The position numbers were made by a program, and so were the translations under genes. From Thermodiscus sp. (GTDB lineage Archaea; Thermoproteota; Thermoprotei_A; Sulfolobales; Acidilobaceae), in contig WAKH01000004.1 of NCBI GenBank assembly GCA_015523485.1, forward strand, positions 1,667 to 65,666: a stretch of 64,000 nt of DNA, given 5' to 3'. Under the pieces are notes generated by a model. It was not told the DNA's origin. It made no database searches and worked only from the letters and a program-made list of their open reading frames with translations. Positions 1 through 9,865 of the stretch are shown piece after piece (the first letter of the stretch is position 1; every line of letters starts with the position of its first letter).

Positions 1-263
1 ACCGCGCTAGGCGAACCAATACCGGTACTCGTTGTTGTAATAGGTACACCCTTATACCTGCCAGTATACGTTCTGAACTCCCTATGATGAGCAACCAGTC
101 TTCTCTCATCCCATAGGCTTGAGATTAAATCGACCCTCTCAGGATCACCAGGCAAAAGTACGTAGCGAGCGACATCTCCTTTTTTGACTTCCAAGTGGTA
201 TTGACGGCCTTCACTATCTTGTGGGATCGCCGCACTCTTTAGCTTGTCATCTGACACAATCAT
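1..263 (-). CDS. udp: Uridine phosphorylase, 5' part (runs off the left edge; not in ORF track)
   Basis: Manual minus-strand translation from ATG 263: MIVSDDKLKSAAIPQDSEGRQYHLEVKKGDVARYVLLPGDPERV...HREFRTYTGRYKGVPITTTSTGIGSPSA, with the PGDPxR and STGIGxPS motifs of Udp. Confidence 0.88.
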   Translation of the reverse strand, partial: MIVSDDKLKSAAIPQDSEGRQYHLEVKKGDVARYVLLPGDPERVDLISSLWDERRLVAHHREFRTYTGRYKGVPITTTSTGIGSPSA

Positions 264-330
264 CACCACAATTATTAACATAACCCTTACGATATATTTT
301 GATGGCAACTAGGTATACTAGGGGGTCTCT

Positions 331-552
331 ATGAACATGAAAAACAAGATTACTGGGGTCACATTGACTCTGCTGGGATTCGTGCTTGCAGTACCACTCT
401 CATATATCCTATTGAATCTAGATTACACAACCTTCATAAAATTCTTGAAAATATTTATATTAATAGTTTTCATACTTATAGGTTCACTGCTGACAGCTAC
501 GGGAGTTCTAATACTAACAGGCTGGCCTCATAGGAGTGATGGAATCGAGTGA
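331..552 (+). CDS. Small membrane protein (two predicted TM helices), unknown function
   Basis: 73-aa ORF with two hydrophobic stretches and a GGGGGT SD-like element upstream. Confidence 0.6.
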   Translation: MNMKNKITGVTLTLLGFVLAVPLSYILLNLDYTTFIKFLKIFILIVFILIGSLLTATGVLILTGWPHRSDGIE

Positions 553-649
553 CCAACACTGATGAATCATATAATTAATAAAGATTTATAAGTTAAGAGT
601 AAAGCGTTTAAGACACATAACCTAAGAGACTCTTCCCGGGGTAGGATAA

Positions 650-1759
650 TTGACGATGAGTGTCGAGGAACGATTCAAACTAATTACAAGGAATGCACAA
701 GAAGTTATAACAGAAAAAGAATTAATGGAAAAATTAGAAACTGGGGATAGACTAAAGGGTTACATCGGATACGAACCAAGCGGACTAGTCCATATCGGAT
801 GGCTAATATGGATGTTCAAGGTAAAAGATCTCGTAGATGCAGGCGTTGACTTCACCGTTCTAGAAGCCACATGGCACGCACACATTAACGACAAGCTTGG
901 AGGGGACTTGGACTTAATCCGTAAATCGACGAAAATCGTTAGAGCAGTCTTCGAAGCGATAGGTGTATCCGAGGACAGGCTTCATTATGTTGACGCGGAG
1001 GATTTAGCCTCGGATAAGGATTACTGGGCACTCCTTATCAAAGTGGCGAAGAATAACACGCTTCACAGAGTCAAGCGGGCAATGACTATAATGGGTCGAA
1101 AGGCGGAGGAAGCTGAAATAGACGCATCGAAGGTACTATACCCTATGATGCAGGTCTCCGACATATTCTACCTCGACTTGGACATTGCACTAGGCGGTAT
1201 GGACCAGAGGAAAGCCCACATGCTGGCTAGAGATACAGCAGAGAAACTAGGGATGAAGAAGCCCATAGCAATCCATACACCCATCCTTACGGGCCTTAAG
1301 GGAGTAGGTAGGATGGATGTAGCGGGCAAAGACAAGGACGAGATTCTTGCTGAAGTAAAGATGAGTAAGAGCAAGCCAGAATACACGATATTCGTTCATT
1401 ACCCTCCAGAGAAGATAAGAGAGGTAATACGAAAAGCTTACTGCCCGGCTAGACAAACCGAATATAACCCAGTCATTGAGATCAACAAGTATCTATTATT
1501 CCAACAGGACGGGTTCCAGCTAGTAGTCGAGAGACCTGCAAAGTACGGCGGCACTGTAGTATATGATAGTTTCGAAGACCTCGAGAGGGATTTCCGTGAA
1601 GGAAAACTACATCCAGCCGACCTGAAGAACGCTACGGCCAACGCGTTGATCGAGTTTCTAGCACCTATAAGGGATAGACTCCTCTCGGATAAAGAAACCC
1701 TCGATACGATAATAACAATTGAGAAATATTATGGATTAAATATAACAAGTAGCCAGTAA
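650..1759 (+). CDS. tyrS: Tyrosine--tRNA ligase
   Basis: GYEPSGLVHIG (HIGH-like), YPMMQVSD, GGMDQRKAH and KMSKS motifs. Confidence 0.96.
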   Translation: MTMSVEERFKLITRNAQEVITEKELMEKLETGDRLKGYIGYEPSGLVHIGWLIWMFKVKDLVDAGVDFTVLEATWHAHINDKLGGDLDLIRKSTKIVRAVFEAIGVSEDRLHYVDAEDLASDKDYWALLIKVAKNNTLHRVKRAMTIMGRKAEEAEIDASKVLYPMMQVSDIFYLDLDIALGGMDQRKAHMLARDTAEKLGMKKPIAIHTPILTGLKGVGRMDVAGKDKDEILAEVKMSKSKPEYTIFVHYPPEKIREVIRKAYCPARQTEYNPVIEINKYLLFQQDGFQLVVERPAKYGGTVVYDSFEDLERDFREGKLHPADLKNATANALIEFLAPIRDRLLSDKETLDTIITIEKYYGLNITSSQ

Positions 1760-1935
1760 ACACTATAGTAGTCCTTTATCCTTCCTAGAAAGACCCACAA
1801 CTTTTAGAAGCACAAGATAAAAAGAGGTCGCTTTGGTCATTCATATAAGTGAAGACGCTCCCGGGGTTACACCCCACACCTGCTAGTCGAACAAGGGTGG
1901 AAATGATCGGAGGTCTTACAACGAGGTGACATGCT

Positions 1936-3204
1936 ATGAAATACCTGATCAAGGCGAAACTCGAGGTCGATGGTAGAGTAGATAAACACGATGTAATAGG
2001 CGCAATATTTGGCCAGACAGAGGGACTCTTGGGAAGCGAGTTCAACTTGGAGGAACTACAGAAGAAAGATAAGATCGGTAGAGTTCATGTTGAAATACGC
2101 TACCAAGGCACCAAGACAATAGGTAACATCACGATACCCAGTAACCTAGATAGAGTCGAGACGGCAATACTTGCAGCCATGATTGAAACCGTGGACAGAA
2201 TTGGCCCCTACAATGCGAGGATCACGATAGAAGAGATCAAGGATCTACGTGCTGAAAAGATTAAACAAGTGTTGAAGAGGAGCAAGGAAATACTAAAAAT
2301 GATGAAGGAGACTGAGCCGGATCTAAAGGAGATCCTAAGAGAAGTCCAGTCTGTAGAGGAAGAAAAACCTAAGCTAGTAGAATATGGTCCAGAGAAGCTG
2401 CCAGCTGGCCCAGACATAGACAAATCCGACACTATAATCATAGTCGAGGGCAGAGCGGATGTTCTAAACCTGCTCAGATACGGTTACACTAACGTCATCG
2501 CCCTAGAAGGTGCCAGAGAGAAGATCCCGAAGACGATAATCGAGCTCTCGAAGAAAAAGAAGACAATAGCACTAGTTGATGGAGATCGTGGTGGAGAACT
2601 AATTCTGAAGACACTCCTAGACCAGGCTCAAATAGACTACGTAGCTAGAGCGCCCAAGGGTATGGAGGTTGAGGAGCTCACTGGAAAAGAGATAGCACAC
2701 GCACTCGAACAAATGATGCCAGCCGAAGTGTACAAGAAGAAACTGGGCCTCATTAAGGAGGAAAAACCCGTCGAGGTCGAGAAAGAGCCTGAAGCGAAGG
2801 TTGAGAAGCCCGTAACGGTAGAGGTTAAAGCGGAGGAAGTAAAGGTAGAGGAGGCGCCGGCTAAAGCTGTTGAGGAAAAGAAGCCTGAGCCCGTTGAACT
2901 AGCAGTTATACCCAAGGAGGTTATCGATGAGATACCAAAGTTGAAGGGGAGTCTGGAAGCCATCCTATACGATGAGAACTGGAAGCCAATCAAGAAGATA
3001 AGTGTAAGGGACCTTTATCCAGAGCTCCAGAAGGCGGAGCCAGGCCAGATATACGGCGTGCTATTCGACGGTATCATTACACAGCGAATAATTGACGCTG
3101 CAGCCGAGAAGGGAGTGAAGATTCTGATTGGTGCTAGGACAGGTACCAAGCTGGCTAGCAAGCCGAAAGACGTGCTGTTCTTCACCTTTAATGACTTGAC
3201 TTAG
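1936..3204 (+). CDS. dnaG: Archaeal DnaG (Toprim, exosome-associated)
   Basis: N-terminal DVIGAIFGQTEGLLG; Toprim VEGRADV and DGDRGG; SD GAGGTGA at 1923-1929. Confidence 0.95.
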   Translation: MKYLIKAKLEVDGRVDKHDVIGAIFGQTEGLLGSEFNLEELQKKDKIGRVHVEIRYQGTKTIGNITIPSNLDRVETAILAAMIETVDRIGPYNARITIEEIKDLRAEKIKQVLKRSKEILKMMKETEPDLKEILREVQSVEEEKPKLVEYGPEKLPAGPDIDKSDTIIIVEGRADVLNLLRYGYTNVIALEGAREKIPKTIIELSKKKKTIALVDGDRGGELILKTLLDQAQIDYVARAPKGMEVEELTGKEIAHALEQMMPAEVYKKKLGLIKEEKPVEVEKEPEAKVEKPVTVEVKAEEVKVEEAPAKAVEEKKPEPVELAVIPKEVIDEIPKLKGSLEAILYDENWKPIKKISVRDLYPELQKAEPGQIYGVLFDGIITQRIIDAAAEKGVKILIGARTGTKLASKPKDVLFFTFNDLT

Positions 3205-5591
3205 CCCCCGAAGAAGTCTAGGAGGCTTGTCTGCCTCCCTCCACTTTTTAACCTCCTCTCGGTCACCCCGAAGTAAGAGAGTATTCTCAGTGCCGAAGGG
3301 ACTACCTGCTTGTCGATGTAGTAGTCTACGTCTATTTCATCTGGCTTGACGGCAAAGTATGGTTTAACTTTTTTGGAGAGGGGACCCGATCCCTTCACCA
3401 CGATATAGCCTATCTTTGAGCCGGGGCCGACCTTAATCCCCATCCTCTGCATCATTCTAGCCACAACAATGTGCGGCTGCTCTGCAACATACTCTTCTAA
3501 CCGTTTAGAGAGGGTCTTCCATATGACTAGTTTACGTATGTCTATCTTGTGGTTCCTTAGATCCTCTATTACCCGTCTCACATAGTCAACCGCGTCTTGC
3601 ACATTACCTGTCTTCAAAACAAGCTCTGCCACCTTTATCTGGGTCTCCTTAGCTAGCTCGCTCCAATCTCCCCTTACAGCTTCAAAGCCTACAACATCGA
3701 TTTTGCCGTCAATTGTTAAACCTACGTATCTCTTCTTTGCCTCAGTGAAGAACACTTTCTTATACACTTTGTCGATCTTTACATCGAATCCTAGGACCTC
3801 CTCGATCCAAGATATTAGTTGATTAACCTTCTCCTCGTTGTTGGTTACAAACAGGCTGTCGGTATCGCCGTATATGACGTCGAGGCCGAGTTCGCGGGCT
3901 TTTCTGATAGCCTTCATTATAAGGGTTCTACCCCACGCTGTGATAGACTCCGCGCATTGCCGACAGTACCACCTAGCATATGGCCATCCTAGGTAGCCAT
4001 AGGACGCGTTGGCTAGGACCTTTACAGCCCTTTGTCTCTCGTTTAGTAGATTATAGTCGGGGGAGCCCTCCTTGTACCGTTTCATTTCGGCTTTGATGTT
4101 CTTCCTTATCGTTAGTAGTTTCTCTACAACCTTCTTGAAGAAGCCCGGCGGTTCTTTCCTAAACATGTGGCCTACTTCGGGCGCCTTATTCACGTTGCTT
4201 GGATCAACCGGTTCATCTGGTTTCACGAGAGTGTCGGGTCCCACATTGTATCGAACCATTATGTTTGGATACATGCTGGCGAAGTCCAGTACTGCTATGT
4301 TATCGTGGAGTCCAGGCTTCGGCTTCAATACAATAGCTCCCGTATATGACTCCTCCCGACGCTCCTTCCTATTGGGTACTAGTTCGCCTAGCTTGTTGGC
4401 TTCCCTGATCAGCCTCCATTCCAGTCTGAAGCCGACGCTGGCCGCCATAACTTGATCCATGGGGATACCGCTTACTTGGCTCATCTGTGCACCGAATGGT
4501 AGGAATTTGCTGATTAGGCCGTAGGTAGAGTATACGTCGTCTCGTGCATAATCTAGTAGGATCCTTCTCTTAGCGGGATCATCCCAGTACTCGCTTATTT
4601 GCCACCATTCCAGTATGACTCTCTTCTCCTTTGGCATCACACTGAGATAATCTGCTACCTCTTCTAGCGTCTTCATCTTCACCTCGTACATTTCATCGGC
4701 GAAATCGTATAGGTCGACGTTAAGCCTTCCTGGGATGCTATAGTGGCCATAGACGCTCGGTTGTGGTGGAGAGTTAACCCTCCTGCCTATGTCGAGCCTT
4801 ATCCCCAGTATCTTGGCCCTATCTACTAGATATGGCCAGTCGAACCTGTTTTGATTATAGCCTACAATTATGTCTGGATCATAGTCCAGTATCGCGTCCT
4901 TGAACTCGTTTATTATCTTTCTATCGTTCTTACCATCCGAAACTAAGAGGACTGGTTCCCTGTCCTTATCAGTCATGTAGCCTATTATTATCACGGGGTC
5001 CCTCTTGGGATCGGGGCTTCTCTGGGGATTATACACCTCTATGTCAAACGCCATAATCCGTAGGCCTTCTAGAGGGTCCCTCTTAGAATACTCCTCCAGC
5101 TCTATGAGCTGGCTTTTCGCGATATAATACGCGTCAACCCTGAGCCCAGATAGCCTACCCTCCTCTACCTCGACACTATACCACCTCATAGGATAGATGT
5201 TATTGTCGATCAAGTACCTCATCGAGAACCTAATATCTGCCTCGAGAACCTCCCTTACCCCAGGGACCCTCGCGACAGCCTCGCGATACTCCCTAACAGT
5301 GGCTGGGATAAGAGTCTCAATCCTTAACACGTCTACCTCTCTGCCCACATATCTCCTCTTCAGGTGTTGAACCTGTGTGATTGGGCTCGATGGCTTAGAT
5401 AATGTTTTGATTGTTCTTGTAATCTCCTCAACATTCACGCCTTGCTCCAGCACCGCGTAGAAATATGGTCGAAACCCTTTCACGTGTATTAGGACCCTTT
5501 CTCCATCCTCCGTCCTGCCCCACAAGTCGATGATTGGCTCGTTGCCAATTACTTCATAGCTTACATCAAGGAGTTGGAATACTATTTCCAA
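3201..5591 (-). CDS. polB3: Family B DNA polymerase (PolB3 type)
   Basis: Exo I AFDIEV, Exo II YNQNRFD, polymerase DFASMYP, KVLANASYGY and YGDTDS; C-terminal PIP box QTSLLDFF; 796 aa, no room for an intein. Confidence 0.95.
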   Translation of the reverse strand: MEIVFQLLDVSYEVIGNEPIIDLWGRTEDGERVLIHVKGFRPYFYAVLEQGVNVEEITRTIKTLSKPSSPITQVQHLKRRYVGREVDVLRIETLIPATVREYREAVARVPGVREVLEADIRFSMRYLIDNNIYPMRWYSVEVEEGRLSGLRVDAYYIAKSQLIELEEYSKRDPLEGLRIMAFDIEVYNPQRSPDPKRDPVIIIGYMTDKDREPVLLVSDGKNDRKIINEFKDAILDYDPDIIVGYNQNRFDWPYLVDRAKILGIRLDIGRRVNSPPQPSVYGHYSIPGRLNVDLYDFADEMYEVKMKTLEEVADYLSVMPKEKRVILEWWQISEYWDDPAKRRILLDYARDDVYSTYGLISKFLPFGAQMSQVSGIPMDQVMAASVGFRLEWRLIREANKLGELVPNRKERREESYTGAIVLKPKPGLHDNIAVLDFASMYPNIMVRYNVGPDTLVKPDEPVDPSNVNKAPEVGHMFRKEPPGFFKKVVEKLLTIRKNIKAEMKRYKEGSPDYNLLNERQRAVKVLANASYGYLGWPYARWYCRQCAESITAWGRTLIMKAIRKARELGLDVIYGDTDSLFVTNNEEKVNQLISWIEEVLGFDVKIDKVYKKVFFTEAKKRYVGLTIDGKIDVVGFEAVRGDWSELAKETQIKVAELVLKTGNVQDAVDYVRRVIEDLRNHKIDIRKLVIWKTLSKRLEEYVAEQPHIVVARMMQRMGIKVGPGSKIGYIVVKGSGPLSKKVKPYFAVKPDEIDVDYYIDKQVVPSALRILSYFGVTERRLKSGGRQTSLLDFFGG

Positions 5592-5675
5592 TAGGGCTCC
5601 CCCACTATCTAATTATTGTATTCAAGAGCCATATACCTAAAGCATACACAACGATACTAAGGGAGGGGCCAAGTA

Positions 5676-6335
5676 TTGGAGAACACAAGGAGAGGAGTAC
5701 ACATAGCCTTTGAAGGAATAGACGGTAGCGGGTTGACAACCCACTCCAGGAGACTTGTAGATGAACTCTCCAATATGGGGTATAAATCCGAGTACTTCAA
5801 GGAGCCAACCAAGGGACCCATCGGTGACCTGATACGTTCCTTTCTCCGAGGCGATGATAGAGTCCGCCACGATCTACTCGCACTACTCTTCGCGGCTGAT
5901 AGGCTATGGAATTATCACGCTTCAACCAAACCAATAGCGCTGCTGAAGGAGCAAGGATACATAGTGGTTAGCGATCGCTACAAGTATTCGAGCGCCGCAT
6001 ACCAGGGTGCCTTCACAGATCTAGAATGGGTGTGGATAATCAATTCGAGGGTCCCTCACGCTGACATTATAGTTTACCTTGATGTTCCTGTAGATGTGGC
6101 TCTTAGAAGGATAGAGCTAAGGTCCAAGAATGGAGTCGCGCGGGAACACTATGAAAAGGCTGAGCTACTCGAGAAAATACGCCGCAATTACGAAGTCGTA
6201 TTGAGGAAGGCTGAGGAGGAGGGTGTTGTCGTTATCAAGATTAGCGGCGTAGATTCTGGAGGAGAGAGGAGTATTGACGAAGTAGCCCGGGAAATCAAGG
6301 AGAAAATAGTCGATTTCATCACTAGCCGTCGCTAG
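5676..6335 (+). CDS. tmk: Thymidylate (dTMP) kinase
   Basis: FEGIDGSGLTT P-loop, LFAADR, DRYKYSSAAYQG. Confidence 0.93.
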   Translation: MENTRRGVHIAFEGIDGSGLTTHSRRLVDELSNMGYKSEYFKEPTKGPIGDLIRSFLRGDDRVRHDLLALLFAADRLWNYHASTKPIALLKEQGYIVVSDRYKYSSAAYQGAFTDLEWVWIINSRVPHADIIVYLDVPVDVALRRIELRSKNGVAREHYEKAELLEKIRRNYEVVLRKAEEEGVVVIKISGVDSGGERSIDEVAREIKEKIVDFITSRR

Positions 6336-6714
6336 ATATTGTTATTTCTCCTGTATCCTTGAATGTTATAATAATACCATCACTAACCCTCTCCATTATG
6401 CCCTTGACCTTATCGAACAGGGGGATGTCTGCGAGGATTGCTCCCGCCACAAGTATAGGGTCGGCCTCTGATTCTACTATGATCGCTAATGGCTTCCTGG
6501 AATAGTACTTCAAGCCGTATAGGGTATAGGAGCCCACGGTGGATCCCCTAGGCCTTCCTATTACAAGTACCCTGTCATGGATGGTCTTGCCACTAACCGT
6601 TGTACCGGTCTTTGGGTCGACCTCGCCGTAGAAGCTCAGTGCTTCCTCAACGACTGCGGGTCCCTCCCCGCTTCCCGGGTTTAATACTCTTCCATGGAAT
6701 TTTATGGTGCCCAT
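6322..6714 (-). CDS. Aconitase X swiveling subunit (DUF126); probable phosphomevalonate dehydratase small subunit
   Basis: LSFYGEVDPKTG, RGSTVGSY and GAILADIP motifs; ATG 6714 preferred because of SD GGTGGTGA; coupled to the AcnX large subunit. Confidence 0.88.
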   Translation of the reverse strand: MGTIKFHGRVLNPGSGEGPAVVEEALSFYGEVDPKTGTTVSGKTIHDRVLVIGRPRGSTVGSYTLYGLKYYSRKPLAIIVESEADPILVAGAILADIPLFDKVKGIMERVSDGIIITFKDTGEITISSDG

Positions 6715-6728
6715 GTTATTCACCACCA

Positions 6729-7943
6729 TCACATGTACAATAGTGGAATCATGTCTTCGATTGTTGAGAGGCCCACTTTTAATCCTCTTTTAGATAAATA
6801 GAAGTATGCTTTATAACTATTGGTTACAACCGTTAATCCACTATCATCCCTTCCGAAGGGTGAAACAATCAAACAAGTATCCCGCACTATCACGGCTTTC
6901 TCCTTCAAAACGCCCAGGTACTCTGGATAACTCTCCCTAAATCTCCTATACTCGGACCTGGACAATGTTATTACGATCTTTGACTTCGGCTCCGGCTTAC
7001 CCTCTAGAAGCTTAGCAAGCCTGGCTAGATCCTCAGCCCTAGAGTGCGGACAGCCCAGAAATACTACGTCGGGCTTCTCGCTTGGTTTATGCTCTTCGTA
7101 TAAACTAGCTAGTTCTCTCCAGTCAATAGTCTCGAATCTCTCTAGCTTGACAATATCTATTGAGGGACCCGTTATCCCATCCAGATAGATCATTGCGAGG
7201 GACCCTGCGGCTCCCACAGCAGCGAGCATCTCTTTTACTGCAAGCTCGTCTCGTAATGCTACCTTAACGTATGGCGGTCTTACTCCGGCGTATCTCTCTG
7301 CAACAAGTTTGCCTAGGAGGCCGGCCATGACTTCGTCAAGCGGCTCGTTATGATCGACCTTGAACCCGGTAGTCGGTTTCCGGTTCTCGTCGATGTGTAG
7401 CCCCCAGTAGTATGTCTTACCAACAATTGCGGACATGAGGGCTAGTGGTCCTCCTTCCCTATTGGTTCTTATACCTATCACGCTGTTCCCGTAGAGTATA
7501 GCGCTTGACTCTCCCCAAGAAACACTATCACCGGGCTTGAGAAATCTGGTATCGGGTAGGTAGTAGGGCGTACATGTTAGTGTTGTCTGAGCTCCCATTG
7601 CTCTGAGTGCTTTTACGATCCTCATCTGCCCCTTAACAAATTCATCATCTAGGCGGACTCCTATATGTGACATTAGACTGGGTTCCTCGCTATCGAATCC
7701 TATTGGGTTGACCGTTGTGGGGACCTCTACCCTCGCTCCCTTCTCTACAAGCTCCTCTAAGAGAGCTAGACCGTGTTCTCCTATTGTTCCATAGGATATC
7801 CCGGAGACATGAGCGTGCTTAATCGGGATTAGCCTCTCGGCACCTAGCGCTTCGCCTACCTTGACTAGTGTCTTGATGGCTAACGCTTTAGCTTCGCCCT
7901 CGTAGCCAGAAAGTATCCTCTCCTCTTCCCTAGTTAGATACAT
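6729..7943 (-). CDS. Aconitase X catalytic subunit (DUF521); probable phosphomevalonate dehydratase large subunit
   Basis: AHVSGISY, TCTPY, SWGESSA, NREGGP, LGCPH and DTC; Fe-S cysteines retained. Confidence 0.9.
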   Translation of the reverse strand: MYLTREEERILSGYEGEAKALAIKTLVKVGEALGAERLIPIKHAHVSGISYGTIGEHGLALLEELVEKGARVEVPTTVNPIGFDSEEPSLMSHIGVRLDDEFVKGQMRIVKALRAMGAQTTLTCTPYYLPDTRFLKPGDSVSWGESSAILYGNSVIGIRTNREGGPLALMSAIVGKTYYWGLHIDENRKPTTGFKVDHNEPLDEVMAGLLGKLVAERYAGVRPPYVKVALRDELAVKEMLAAVGAAGSLAMIYLDGITGPSIDIVKLERFETIDWRELASLYEEHKPSEKPDVVFLGCPHSRAEDLARLAKLLEGKPEPKSKIVITLSRSEYRRFRESYPEYLGVLKEKAVIVRDTCLIVSPFGRDDSGLTVVTNSYKAYFYLSKRGLKVGLSTIEDMIPLLYM

Positions 7944-7952
7944 TAGACTCCT

Positions 7953-9233
7953 TCACCCTGGCCACTTAGCTCTCTCGAAGTGTGGATCACCCTTCCGGGG
8001 CACTGTAGCATCAATACCCATTTTTGCAGTAAAGCCGTTATCCGCCGAAGGATCTAGCGTTGACCCCCTTGCATTCTTGATCACTACTAGATCCCTGTCA
8101 GCCTGGAACCTTGTAGCTATCGCCCACTCAACCATCTCATAGTTGTCAGGATCAATGTCACCATCGACCACTACCACGTGCTTGAGGCTAGGATGGCCCG
8201 CGAACGCCGCCATTATAGCGTTCTTAGCATCTCCATCATGATTCTTCTCTATCGATATTATAGCATGGAGCCAACCGCCTCCTCCCGGCGAAAGCCTCAC
8301 CTTATAGACGCGTGGTACAACCCTTGATACCGAAGCCCAGATTTGAGCTTCCCGCGGGAATCCCATCAAGTGCATGTGCTCTCGCCCACCAGGTAGGATT
8401 ACATGGGTGTAATTGTCTGACACGAATACCTTCTCTGCATACAACACTGGTTCTCTCCTAACCTTATCATACAACATCAATATGTCCGTGAAGGGACCCT
8501 CCTCTACCCTCTCGGCAGTCAAATAACCCTCCACGATAGCGCCAGCACCAACAGGAACCGGGTTACCATGCACTGGGCTTGGGAATACCTCTAGACCGTT
8601 GAGTAGTCTTGACGCGACTCCCAATTCAAACTGGCCGAGGCTCGGTGAAGTCGAAACTGCCACCAGTACAGCCGGATGTACCCCTAGCACTACTGTAACG
8701 GGCAGCCTGCCCTCCTCCTTAACCGCGTCATTGTATAGCTTGTATAGATGCCTAGGAACGATCCTTACAGCGACCCTCCTCTCATCGATATACATCATCC
8801 TATGTATGCTCGCGTTGCATACGCCTTTCCAGCATGCTATTATGAAGGCAGCTGTGAGGTATAGTCCACCGTCTTTCTCGAAGAACTTTGCGAATGGCAG
8901 GCTTTTGAAGCCTTTATCGACAGACCGATAGCCTCCTGGGTCGCCGATCCAGGTTAACTCCTTGGGGTTCTCGACCGCGTTCAGAATCTTCTTGTAGGCT
9001 TCTTCCTCGTTCTCCACTCCTAGGGCTTCCAGTAGCCTTTTACGAGTCGATACTAGGTTACCAACGCTGGTTGTGGATGTCCCCTTCACATTAAAAGCTG
9101 GTATGAGGTCTTTTTCCTCTGTCTTCTTGAGTATGCGAGTTACCTCGTATACAGGGTCTAGGACGCCGTAGTCTTCGATATTATATTTCCTTGTAAAAGT
9201 CTCTATTGATGCGCTTGACACCATAGGCACCAC
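7953..9233 (-). CDS. UbiD-family (prFMN) decarboxylase; probable anhydromevalonate phosphate decarboxylase
   Basis: NASIHR, EEGPF, VVVVDGDID, WAIATRFQ, GSTLDPS and KMGIDAT; adjacent to the AcnX pair. Confidence 0.87.
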   Translation of the reverse strand: MVPMVSSASIETFTRKYNIEDYGVLDPVYEVTRILKKTEEKDLIPAFNVKGTSTTSVGNLVSTRKRLLEALGVENEEEAYKKILNAVENPKELTWIGDPGGYRSVDKGFKSLPFAKFFEKDGGLYLTAAFIIACWKGVCNASIHRMMYIDERRVAVRIVPRHLYKLYNDAVKEEGRLPVTVVLGVHPAVLVAVSTSPSLGQFELGVASRLLNGLEVFPSPVHGNPVPVGAGAIVEGYLTAERVEEGPFTDILMLYDKVRREPVLYAEKVFVSDNYTHVILPGGREHMHLMGFPREAQIWASVSRVVPRVYKVRLSPGGGGWLHAIISIEKNHDGDAKNAIMAAFAGHPSLKHVVVVDGDIDPDNYEMVEWAIATRFQADRDLVVIKNARGSTLDPSADNGFTAKMGIDATVPRKGDPHFERAKWPG

Positions 9234-9852
9234 GTAATGCGATGGTAATCCCAGCTATTATGTCTCTGTCCTTAACAATCTCGGAGACATGGTTTATGCT
9301 AGATGTACCTGTAGTTCCCGTCTCGTCCACAATAAAGTACTCAATATCACTCTGTGAGAGAGATGCTACTGCCTCTATGAATCCGTGACCGTTACCTACG
9401 TAAACCTCGCTCGTCTTGGCTGGAATAGATTTAACGAGTTCTCGGATAGTTGAACCGACCATGTTGCAGTCTACCTTTGAAACAAACACTATTAGCGTAT
9501 CTCCAATACTGGCTATACCGCACTCCTTTCCTGGATCAATACCGAATATGAGTTTCTTGAAGCCTTTCCTAGGATAGGTAATTGCATACACGAGGGCTTT
9601 GACCGGGTCCTCTTCAGATATTAGCGGGCCATTGAAGCTTGACACAGCTCTCTCAAAGAACTTTTCCTCTGGCGAGTTTCTCTTAGGGAGAACTAGGATG
9701 TCAGCGTCTATGAATTCCTCCTGTCTTGGGAGGAGAATCCTGATTCCCTGTATCTCTAATAATTTCATGATCTGCTTGATGAAGCTTATTGACTCTGGGT
9801 CGCCGCGTAGCCATGCGATACTCCGCTTCGAGTACCACCACCCTCTATTCAT
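9181..9852 (-). CDS. Hypothetical protein with RNase H-like (YqgF/RuvX-like) C-terminal domain
   Basis: IFGIDPGKECG, VYVGNG, VDETGTT, DIIAGITIA pattern. Confidence 0.6.
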   Translation of the reverse strand: MNRGWWYSKRSIAWLRGDPESISFIKQIMKLLEIQGIRILLPRQEEFIDADILVLPKRNSPEEKFFERAVSSFNGPLISEEDPVKALVYAITYPRKGFKKLIFGIDPGKECGIASIGDTLIVFVSKVDCNMVGSTIRELVKSIPAKTSEVYVGNGHGFIEAVASLSQSDIEYFIVDETGTTGTSSINHVSEIVKDRDIIAGITIALRGAYGVKRINRDFYKEI

Positions 9853-9865
9853 TACTCTATTTGCT

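Noticed and set aside
559..649. CTGATGA C-box-like word upstream of tyrS
   Set aside because: No D box (CTGA) at suitable spacing; the AT-rich sequence reads as terminator/promoter
2749..2900. E/K/V/P/A-rich quasi-repeats in dnaG
   Set aside because: Low-complexity linker within the CDS; no exact nucleotide repeat unit
3201..5591. Possible intein or inactivation in PolB
   Set aside because: Normal length and all exonuclease and polymerase motifs intact
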